In this document: positions 16,001 to 23,497 of the stretch, one piece after another
Layout of the letters: each line of letters opens with the position of its first letter
Numbering within the stretch: position 1 is the stretch's first letter
Source of the DNA: an uncultured Candidatus Saccharibacteria bacterium
Lineage (GTDB): Bacteria; Patescibacteriota; Minisyncoccia; Phycocordibacterales; PALSA-1337
DNA: 33,599 bases
Direction of reading: 5' to 3'
Assembly: GCA_964441635.1 (NCBI GenBank)
Contig: CAYTUZ010000002.1
Location: 1-33,599 of the forward strand
The notes under the pieces: model-generated
Seen by the model: the letters and a program-made list of their open reading frames with translations, nothing else
What the model was told of the DNA's origin: nothing
Databases searched by the model: none
Program-made: the position numbers and the translations under genes

Positions 16001-16969
16001 ATGAACAAGTTCCTGTCCGTTCAGAATAAAACAAAAGTAAATTGCATTATCTGTGGAAATGTTGCGAATTTTTTGATGGAAAAAGACGGCTATTTTATCT
16101 ATGAATGTCCGAAGTGCCGTTTGTCATTTGTTCATCCTCAACCCGCGGTGTCATTTCTAGAAGAAGAAGTTTATTCCGAAAAATCTGGTTATCAAGGAAA
16201 TAAACTAAAGGATCTTTCGAGAGTCGCGCCGACCAAAAAGCAAGCAAAAGTCTTGAATTATTTGAGAAGCCAAAACAAAGGCAAATTCTTGGACGTGGGT
16301 TGTTCCAGTGGCGAGTTTATGTATTTTGCAAAAAAGCTTGGCTTTGAAGTAGTTGGCGTGGAAATAAATCCGCGCACAGCTGCTATTGCCAAAGCGAATC
16401 GCTTGAATGTAATTCTTGGCACATTGGAACAAGCGCGTTTTCCAGATCATTCATTCGACTACGTCCATATGGGCGATTTGATTGAACATGTTACGGATCC
16501 ACGAGCTCTGATCAAAGAGACACATAGGATTTTGAAACCAAATGGTAGCCTGATAATTGTCACTCCTAATATGGATTGTTTTTGGGCAAAAGCGACATTC
16601 TTCTTATTCCGACTTTTCAAACTCCCTTGGAGTTCGGCAACACCTCCACATCACCTATTTCAATTTTCTATAAGTAATTTGAGGACTCTTTTGGAACAAG
16701 AAGGTTTTAGTTTTGGAAAAGTTTGGTTTACCGGCACACCAAGCTTGAAATACGAATTGGGTTCGCTTCACCTCCTCAAAAAGTGGAAAAATCAACACAG
16801 TCTTCCCAATTTATTCTGCATGATTTTTGGTTTTGGTTTGTACTCAATCGTATTTGGAATTAATCGGATCGTCGAATTGTTTCCAGTTAAAAGATTTAGT
16901 ATGGCGGTGGTGTTTGTGTTTTCCTCCTCCGAAGCCGAGGATGTCTCTCGCGCCGTAGAAAATGCTTAA
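16001..16969 (+). CDS. Class I SAM-dependent methyltransferase with an N-terminal Cys4 zinc ribbon
   Basis: CIICGN...CPKCRLSF ribbon. SAM motif I FLDVGCSSGEF. Motifs DYVHMGDLIEHV and LKPNGSLIIVTPN. The last ~22 codons lie in the left arm of the 16904-17185 inverted repeat. Confidence 0.8.
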   Translation: MNKFLSVQNKTKVNCIICGNVANFLMEKDGYFIYECPKCRLSFVHPQPAVSFLEEEVYSEKSGYQGNKLKDLSRVAPTKKQAKVLNYLRSQNKGKFLDVGCSSGEFMYFAKKLGFEVVGVEINPRTAAIAKANRLNVILGTLEQARFPDHSFDYVHMGDLIEHVTDPRALIKETHRILKPNGSLIIVTPNMDCFWAKATFFLFRLFKLPWSSATPPHHLFQFSISNLRTLLEQEGFSFGKVWFTGTPSLKYELGSLHLLKKWKNQHSLPNLFCMIFGFGLYSIVFGINRIVELFPVKRFSMAVVFVFSSSEAEDVSRAVENA

Positions 16970-17185
16970 CAAAATGCGAGTCTCGCTAGGAATTGTTGAG
17001 ATCGCGGCACTTTTTTATTTCATTGAAAAAATATTAAAGAAGTGCTTTGCAACATTCCGAGATGACAGGGATTTTTTCAATGAAATAAAAAAGTGCCGCG
17101 ATCTCAACAATTCCCGAGCATTTTGTTTAGCATATTTCCGGCGCGAGTTACGCAGACGAGGAAGACGAGACACAAACACCACCGC
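16904..17185. mobile_element. 282-nt inverted-repeat element (MITE-like)
   Basis: Identical 16-nt termini: GCGGTGGTGTTTGTGT at 16904-16919 and its reverse complement at 17170-17185. 44-bp perfect inner arms at 16989-17032 and 17071-17114 around a 38-nt loop. The middle parts of the arms are diverged but alignable. Confidence 0.6.
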
Positions 17186-17202
17186 TGTGCAATAATACTC
17201 GT

Positions 17203-18255
17203 ATGTTAAAAGTCTTCATCGGCCAACCCATTCCCAATTTGCCGATAGCTGACGTTATTCGGCCCAATTTTGGCGCGGTTGGACTGGATCGTTGGACGGA
17301 GCGTCATGTGCAGTTGAATACGCCGGTTCTTGAATTGGTAAAAACTCCAGAGGAAGCTGATTTCCTATTAATTACGCACAATTACAATGCCGTGTGTGGC
17401 AATGCGGAATATTTGCGCTCTTTCAAAACTCTTTCAAGGAAGTTAAATAAAAAAGTTATAGTTTTCTTTCCGGGCGATTCCAGTCAAGAAGTACCCATTG
17501 AAAATGCTATAGTCTTCCGGAATTCCCAGTATCGTTCCACTTTGAAAAAGAATGAGATTATTCTTCCCGGCTTTGTGGAAGATCTGGGTGCGAATCTTGA
17601 ATTGAAACCAAGAATGAAATCCAATGACAAAGCAACAGTCGGTTTTTGTGGCTGGGCAGACTTTCATTCAACAGCAGACTATCTCAAATTTTGGGCCAAA
17701 TCCTTGCCAACCACTTTGGCTTCATTATTCAATCGGAAGGTTTTGATTAAGCAAAAGGGCCTGTGGTGGCGCCGGAAAGTGATAAAAAACCTCTCGAATT
17801 CAAAGAAAATCAATACCAACTTTATTATTCGCAAAAGTTATTCTGGTAACGAAAAAACTATTGAACTCGATCCTAGAATAGCGAGACAAGAATACATTGA
17901 CAACATTCTTGGATGTGATTTCACACTCTGCATAAAAGGCGATGGTAATTTTTCCACCAGATTTTTTGAGACCTTGTCGCTTGGTAGGATTCCACTTCTC
18001 GTCGACACAGAATGTGTTTTGCCACTGGAGGAAGTCATCGATTATTCACAGATCATTTTAAGAGTGAATTGGAAAGATCTAAGTAAACTCGATTCCATAG
18101 TCGCGGATTTCTACGCCAAAGTGACTCCTGACCAATTCTCGGAAATGCAAAAGAAAGCGAGGGAAACTTTTGAAAAATATTTGAGGCTGGATGCTTATTT
18201 CAAAACTATCAGTAAAAAAGAATATTATGAAAAAGGCAATGCAATGGCTCATTAA
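17203..18255 (+). CDS. Exostosin-family (GT47-like) glycosyltransferase
   Basis: KGDGNFSTRFFETLSLGRIPLLVDTECVLPLEEVIDY matches the exostosin C-terminal signature. Confidence 0.65.
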   Translation: MLKVFIGQPIPNLPIADVIRPNFGAVGLDRWTERHVQLNTPVLELVKTPEEADFLLITHNYNAVCGNAEYLRSFKTLSRKLNKKVIVFFPGDSSQEVPIENAIVFRNSQYRSTLKKNEIILPGFVEDLGANLELKPRMKSNDKATVGFCGWADFHSTADYLKFWAKSLPTTLASLFNRKVLIKQKGLWWRRKVIKNLSNSKKINTNFIIRKSYSGNEKTIELDPRIARQEYIDNILGCDFTLCIKGDGNFSTRFFETLSLGRIPLLVDTECVLPLEEVIDYSQIILRVNWKDLSKLDSIVADFYAKVTPDQFSEMQKKARETFEKYLRLDAYFKTISKKEYYEKGNAMAH

Positions 18256-19795
18256 AAACAAAAAAGAGCTGATCGTGACGTCGCTTTTTTGCGCCGCCTT
18301 ATTTTTCAGTACCTACAAACTCAGTGAAAGTCCGCCAACATGGCTCGATGAAGGCATGATCGTGCAAACATCAAAGACTCTGGTTGAAGAAGGAGTCTAT
18401 TCCGTAAAAGTTGCGCCTGACACGTATATTTCTCCGGGTTTCATTTCCACAAGTTACCCTGTGACATTTCCAATCGCATTATCTTTCAAACTCTTTGGCG
18501 TTGGTTTGCTTCAAGCCAGAAGTGTAATGGTTATTTATATTTTAGCATTTCTTTTATCGATTTATTTTCTAGCAAAAAGACTTTTCAAGAATGAATGGCT
18601 AATGATCGCCGGTTTGGCGCTATTGGTCAGTTTTCCGCCACTTTATGGCAATGGCAAAAACGTGCTTGGCGAAGTCCCCGGGCTTTTCTTCTTGACGGTG
18701 TTTTTGATATTCATCGACCGGATTTGGAAAGGCGACCGGCGCATTTCACAATTCATTCTTGCCGGCTTGACACTGGGCCTTTGTATTGCCACCAAGCCGA
18801 TTTTTATTTTACTGCTTCCTGTTGTGGCAATGTGGCTCTTATACGTCTGGTTAAAAAAGCCTGAAGTTTTTGGTCGTGGCATAATCAAAAACAGCTTATA
18901 TTTTATTGTTTGCGCATTGTTACCGCTCGTCGCATGGATAATGATCCAGTTTCGTGGTGATTCGTTTGTCGCAACTCTTTCTTATTACGCGAATCCGCAC
19001 AGTGTAAATTTGGCGACATCTTTGCTCTCGAATATAAAAGCTTTTTTGACGGCGCCGGAATCGTTGTATTTCTTTGCTCTTTATTTGGTTTGGTTGACGG
19101 CGGTCACATTCAGAGTTTGGTCCAAAAAGAATATCGAAGTCGCGGAATTGGTCGCTTTTGGTTTTTCCACCCTAGTTTTACTGGCATATTTTAGAAATCC
19201 GGCTTATTATCGCTATTTTTTCTTGGCGGAGGTTTATTGCTTGTTATTCTTTGTGCAAACACTTAACTTTATTATTGGGACGCGCCCGAAGGCGGCCGAT
19301 GTGACTTCCTCGACCACGGAAAATTTCCTGCAGGAAATTTTCCTACGGAATTTTCTGGTGAAAATTTCCTGCGTATGGTCTCGGAAATCACATCGGCCGC
19401 TTTCGGGCGCTGGCATCTCAATATTTGTTATTGTGTTTGCACTTATTATTTTCCAATCCTACCAACTCCTTTTTCATTCTTGGGTTTCGCAATATTATGG
19501 CAGTACCAAAACTCGCGATTGTGTCGCGGCTATCGGAAAAATTCCGCAAGCAAAATCCATTTTCTTTTATCAAGATCCGGAACTGGTTATTTTCCGCGCT
19601 GGCGGCAATTATTACCAATATATGGATAGCATCGAAACCGATCAGAGCCGCACTGAAAAGAAGCGCTTGATCAAACAAGGGGTTCCGGATATTGTGGCGG
19701 TTTCGAGTGAAATAATGCCGCAAATACAGGATATTTTGGAGAAATACGTCTCATCGAGTTCTTGTGACCGATATCAGATATTGAATAAGAAATAG
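18227..19795 (+). CDS. GT-C fold membrane glycosyltransferase (ArnT/PMT-like, GT39/GT83-type)
   Basis: More than 10 TM helices. First-loop acidic motif PPTWLDEGM, typical of polyprenyl-phosphate-sugar-dependent GT-C enzymes. The start is ambiguous (18191, 18227 or 18239) and overlaps the upstream gene. Confidence 0.7.
   Translation: MKKAMQWLIKNKKELIVTSLFCAALFFSTYKLSESPPTWLDEGMIVQTSKTLVEEGVYSVKVAPDTYISPGFISTSYPVTFPIALSFKLFGVGLLQARSVMVIYILAFLLSIYFLAKRLFKNEWLMIAGLALLVSFPPLYGNGKNVLGEVPGLFFLTVFLIFIDRIWKGDRRISQFILAGLTLGLCIATKPIFILLLPVVAMWLLYVWLKKPEVFGRGIIKNSLYFIVCALLPLVAWIMIQFRGDSFVATLSYYANPHSVNLATSLLSNIKAFLTAPESLYFFALYLVWLTAVTFRVWSKKNIEVAELVAFGFSTLVLLAYFRNPAYYRYFFLAEVYCLLFFVQTLNFIIGTRPKAADVTSSTTENFLQEIFLRNFLVKISCVWSRKSHRPLSGAGISIFVIVFALIIFQSYQLLFHSWVSQYYGSTKTRDCVAAIGKIPQAKSIFFYQDPELVIFRAGGNYYQYMDSIETDQSRTEKKRLIKQGVPDIVAVSSEIMPQIQDILEKYVSSSSCDRYQILNKK
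19282..19410. repeat. Compound palindromic element, copy 2
   Basis: Same core as 12716-12814 with 2 substitutions and 5-nt plus 1-nt indels. The outer arms are GCGCCCGAAGGCGGCCGATGTGA / TCACATCGGCCGCTTTCGGGCGC. Confidence 0.85.
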
Positions 19796-19833
19796 TGCGA
19801 TAAATCAATTTACGTGTTAGTTTATTGGTAAAT

Positions 19834-20787
19834 ATGAAAAAACTTTCCATAGTCATTCCGGTTTACTGGAATGAACCTAATATTCCACATACTGTTCCAA
19901 GACTGCAGAAATTTTTGGATTCTTTGAAAGGCTTTGAAAGCGAATTGATCTTCGTCGACGACGGTTCTGGTGACCGATCTTTGGAGTTGTTAATCGCCGA
20001 ACAAAAGAAAGATCCGAGGATTAAAATCATAAAACTTAGCCGGAATTTTGGCTCGATGCAAGCTATCACTGCTGGCATCTCTCGCGCCACGGGCGATTGC
20101 GTGGGTATGATCACATCTGACCTCCAAGATCCGCCAGAATTGTTTGGCGAAATGATCGCCAAATGGCAAGCGGGGAATAAAGTCGTCATTGCCGTTCGTT
20201 CCGATCGTGAAGAATCTTTTTCGCAGAAATTATTTGCCAAGATTTTTTATAAGCTGATGGCGCGTTTTGCTTTGGCCGGATATCCCGCTGGCGGCTTCGA
20301 TTTTTTCCTCATTGACAGACAGGTTGCAAAGGAAGTTGTCGCTATTCAAGAAAAGAATACCAATGTCATGAGCCTGATCTTTTGGCTGGGCCATCGGCGT
20401 GCCAGTATTAGCTACGTTCGCCAGAGGCGGCAACATGGCAAATCACGCTGGACCTTTATGAAGAAGATCAAGTTTTTCATTGATTCTTTTGTAGCTTTTT
20501 CCTATATGCCGGTGCGTTTTATTTCAACGATTGGTTTATTTACAGCGTTGGTCAGTTTTGCTTTTGGTATTTATGTCATTATTTCCGCGATTTTTGGCAA
20601 AATTCCTGTGCAAGGCTACGCACCATTAATGGCGGTTATCACCTTTCTTCTGGGGCTAATTATGATCATGTTGGGCATTATCGGCGAATATTTGTGGCGA
20701 ACACTCGATGAGAGCCGCAAACGGCCGCCTTTTATTATTGACGAGATCTACGGTTTCAAATCAGAAGTCGGACTTCTGCATAAGTAG
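19834..20787 (+). CDS. GT2 polyprenyl-phosphate glycosyltransferase (GtrB/ArnC/CsbB-like) with two C-terminal TM helices
   Basis: LSIVIPVYWNE, FVDDGSGDRS and SDLQDPPEL motifs, plus two C-terminal TM helices. Confidence 0.85.
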   Translation: MKKLSIVIPVYWNEPNIPHTVPRLQKFLDSLKGFESELIFVDDGSGDRSLELLIAEQKKDPRIKIIKLSRNFGSMQAITAGISRATGDCVGMITSDLQDPPELFGEMIAKWQAGNKVVIAVRSDREESFSQKLFAKIFYKLMARFALAGYPAGGFDFFLIDRQVAKEVVAIQEKNTNVMSLIFWLGHRRASISYVRQRRQHGKSRWTFMKKIKFFIDSFVAFSYMPVRFISTIGLFTALVSFAFGIYVIISAIFGKIPVQGYAPLMAVITFLLGLIMIMLGIIGEYLWRTLDESRKRPPFIIDEIYGFKSEVGLLHK

Positions 20788-20788
20788 T

Positions 20789-21928
20789 ATGAAGATAATT
20801 TATTTAGCTGACATACGCCTACCCACGGAAAAAGCTCACGGTTTTCAAATCATGAAGACCTGCGAGGCTTTGGTGCGAGTGGGGAACGAGATCACGCTTA
20901 TGATTCCTTCTTGGAACAAAGCGACTCCGGAGGAAATATTCAAATATTATGGTTTGACGCAAAGCTTCTCAATTGAGAAAATTCCTCAGACAAAATTCAA
21001 TCTCATAAAATTTGGATCAATTGGTTTTGCTTTGCGATCATATTTTTTTGCCAAAAAAGCAGCTGGCAAATTGGGGGGTCGTGAGTTTGACGCTGTTTAC
21101 ACCAGAGATGAAGCAGTTGCGGTATACAGAGGTCCGACCTCTGTATTTTATGAGATGCATGACGTGAGAAAGGGTCTTCTTCAAAAGAAGGCGATGACTC
21201 GCGCATCTGGAATCATTGCTATTTCTAATGGGCTAAAAGATTATTGTGTTGCGCAGGGAATTGATCAATCGAAAATAACGGTTGTGCCTGATGCGGTTGA
21301 TCTGGAAGAATTTGATATCGAACAAAACAAGGACGATGTCCGACATCGCCTAGGTTTACCAAAAGATAAGAAAATTGTTCTTTATTCCGGGCATTTGTAT
21401 TCTTGGAAAGGCGCTGACACTCTGGCGGAAGCCGCACATTATTTGGATGCCGATACCGTCGTCGTATTTGTCGGCGGTACACCTTGGGATATTGAATCTT
21501 TCAAAAATAAATATCGAGGTGCCACCTCGAGGTGCCACCTCGATATTATTGGCCAGAAACCCCACTCAGAGATTCCTTTGTATCTGAAAGCCGCTGATGT
21601 TCTAGTATTGCCAAATAGCGCCAAAGAAGACATTTCGCGGCTTTACACTTCACCGGTGAAGCTCTTCGAATACATGGCATCCGGCGTGCCGATCGTGGCT
21701 TCGGACTTGCCCTCGATCCGAGAAATCTTGAACGAGGAATGTGCGGTTTTTGCCAAACCTGACGATGCTCTGTCGCTCGCCGAGAAAATCAAATATTCTT
21801 TGGCTAATGTTTCCAAAGCTGTTATACTCTCTAATCGAGCGCTTGAAGAGGTCAAAAAATATTCTTGGGGCATGCGTGCCAAGCATATCCTCACGTTTAT
21901 GAAGATGCGGTTGAATGCAAAGCAATAA
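20789..21928 (+). CDS. Glycosyltransferase family 4
   Basis: MKIIYLADIRLPTEKAHGFQIMKTCEAL N-domain and TSPVKLFEYMASGVPIVASDLPSIREIL C-domain. ATG is 1 nt after the upstream stop. Confidence 0.85.
   Translation: MKIIYLADIRLPTEKAHGFQIMKTCEALVRVGNEITLMIPSWNKATPEEIFKYYGLTQSFSIEKIPQTKFNLIKFGSIGFALRSYFFAKKAAGKLGGREFDAVYTRDEAVAVYRGPTSVFYEMHDVRKGLLQKKAMTRASGIIAISNGLKDYCVAQGIDQSKITVVPDAVDLEEFDIEQNKDDVRHRLGLPKDKKIVLYSGHLYSWKGADTLAEAAHYLDADTVVVFVGGTPWDIESFKNKYRGATSRCHLDIIGQKPHSEIPLYLKAADVLVLPNSAKEDISRLYTSPVKLFEYMASGVPIVASDLPSIREILNEECAVFAKPDDALSLAEKIKYSLANVSKAVILSNRALEEVKKYSWGMRAKHILTFMKMRLNAKQ
21124..21146. repeat. 23-nt palindrome ATACAGAGGTC-C-GACCTCTGTAT inside the CDS
   Basis: 11-bp arms. Bases 21126-21146 are identical to the reverse complement of 33398-33418. 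Confidence 0.8.
21511..21546. repeat. 36-nt palindrome and tandem duplication ATAT(CGAGGTGCCACCT)x2CGATAT inside the CDS
   Basis: The 13-nt unit is duplicated in tandem. The whole block is self-complementary except for the two unit centres. Encodes RGATSRCHL. Confidence 0.75.
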
Positions 21929-21932
21929 ATTC

Positions 21933-22634
21933 ATGAAAAAGGTCATTGTTCTGCCGACATATAACGAACGCAAGAATGTTCAAGAATTGATCCCACTACT
22001 TTTCCGGCACGTGCCTGACGCGGTTGTGATCGTCGTCGATGATAATTCGCCTGATGACACGGCGAAAGCAGTCGAGCTTTTGCAAACCAAATATCAAAAA
22101 CTGCTCTTGCTTCGCCGCAAAGGCAAGGAAGGACTTGGCAAGGCATATACCCACGCCTTCAAGGTAATCCTCAAAGACGCTTCAGTCGATGTAGTTATCA
22201 TGATGGACGCGGATTTTTCGCATAATCCGGAATATTTGCCGCTGATGTTAGAAAAATTGAATGAGAGCGATGTGGTTATCGGTTCGCGCTACATCGCAGG
22301 CGGCGCAACTAGCGGCTGGGAATTGTGGCGCAGATTTCTGTCGCGCAGCGCAAACTTTTATTGCCGCCTGATCACCGGCATGCCGATCAATGATTGCACT
22401 GGCGGCTTCAATGTCATGCGCGCGGAAACTATGCGCAAGCTCGATTTGGACAAGCTCGACCTCTCGGGTTACGCTTTTATTATGGAACTCAAATATGCTT
22501 TTCATAGGGTTGGCGCGCGTTTTGCCGAACATCCTATAGTTTTTGCCAACCGCAAGGAAGGCGAATCGAAAATGTCGAGCCATATTATCCGCGAAGGCGT
22601 ACTCGCGCCTTGGAAAATGAGGCTAAAAAAATGA
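21933..22634 (+). CDS. Polyprenol-phosphate mannose synthase-like GT2 (Ppm1/DPM1-type, no TM segment)
   Basis: VIVLPTYNERKNV, VVDDNSPDDT, MDADFSHNPEYLP and GSRY motifs. An alternative ATG at 21915 overlaps the upstream gene. Confidence 0.8.
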   Translation: MKKVIVLPTYNERKNVQELIPLLFRHVPDAVVIVVDDNSPDDTAKAVELLQTKYQKLLLLRRKGKEGLGKAYTHAFKVILKDASVDVVIMMDADFSHNPEYLPLMLEKLNESDVVIGSRYIAGGATSGWELWRRFLSRSANFYCRLITGMPINDCTGGFNVMRAETMRKLDLDKLDLSGYAFIMELKYAFHRVGARFAEHPIVFANRKEGESKMSSHIIREGVLAPWKMRLKK

Positions 22635-23497
22635 ATTCTGCCTGCATTGTCTGTGCGAACAAAAAACATTCTCCGTATGCCACCAAAAGCGGTTACGAAG
22701 TCTGGAAGTGCGCGCAGTGCGGAACACTTTTTTTGTATCCACTTCCAAAAGCCGAAGAAGCGGCGGCTGTGTACAGTCAAGACTATTTTGGCGGCGCTCT
22801 CGATGGCCACGGCTATGTGAACTATGACGCTGACAAAGAAGCGATGCGAACGATTTTCATTCGGCATCTTATTCACTTCGAAAAGTTATTGGGCAAGCCC
22901 GGGAAAATACTGGACGTAGGTGCAGCCACAGGTTTTTTTATGAAGATAGCAAAAACGCGCGGTTGGCAGGTTCATGGTGTTGAAATCTCTGCTTACGCGG
23001 CAGAGCAGGGCAGAAAAGACGGCCTAGATATTGTTACCGGAACTCTCCAAAATGTTAAGCAAACGGATAATACTTTCGATCTCATAACGATGTGGGACGT
23101 GATCGAGCATATGCCGGATCCGGTTTCAGATTTGAATCGCGTTCGTTCTTTGCTAAAGCCGGGCGGACTAGTTGCTGTGAATACCCCTGATTCCGGTTCT
23201 TTTTATTCGAAGCTGATGGGCTCGCGCTGGCATCTCTTCGTGCCGCCAGAGCACATTTGGTATTTCAACCGAAAAAGCATTGCCACACTTTTGAATAACA
23301 GTGGCTTTGAAGTCCTTGAGATCGGCTGCGTCGGTAAGAAATTCACTGTGGAATATGTAATCAATTTTCTGTATAGGTGGCAAGGATTGGTCATTTGGCG
23401 CAAGCTGTCCGACCGCTTAAAAAATACGCGCATAGGGAAACTTTATTTTTCCATTAATTTGCGCGACAACATGTATGTTTTGGCAAAGAAAAAATAA
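22631..23497 (+). CDS. Class I SAM-dependent methyltransferase with an N-terminal Cys4 zinc ribbon (paralog of 16001..16969)
   Basis: CIVCAN...CAQCGTLF ribbon. ILDVGAATGFF SAM motif. DLITMWDVIEHMPDP and LKPGGLVAVNTPD motifs. ATGA overlap with the upstream stop. Confidence 0.8.
   Translation: MNSACIVCANKKHSPYATKSGYEVWKCAQCGTLFLYPLPKAEEAAAVYSQDYFGGALDGHGYVNYDADKEAMRTIFIRHLIHFEKLLGKPGKILDVGAATGFFMKIAKTRGWQVHGVEISAYAAEQGRKDGLDIVTGTLQNVKQTDNTFDLITMWDVIEHMPDPVSDLNRVRSLLKPGGLVAVNTPDSGSFYSKLMGSRWHLFVPPEHIWYFNRKSIATLLNNSGFEVLEIGCVGKKFTVEYVINFLYRWQGLVIWRKLSDRLKNTRIGKLYFSINLRDNMYVLAKKK

Noticed and set aside
16962-17195. 77-aa ORF between the methyltransferase and the exostosin-like gene
   Set aside because: It lies entirely within the 282-nt inverted repeat. 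Its N- and C-terminal halves are translations of the two arms, and there is no independent coding evidence.
21511-21546. Possible CRISPR-like or phase-variable repeat
   Set aside because: There are only two 13-nt units with no spacers, inside a CDS. This is not a CRISPR array. Phase variation cannot be judged from one sequence.
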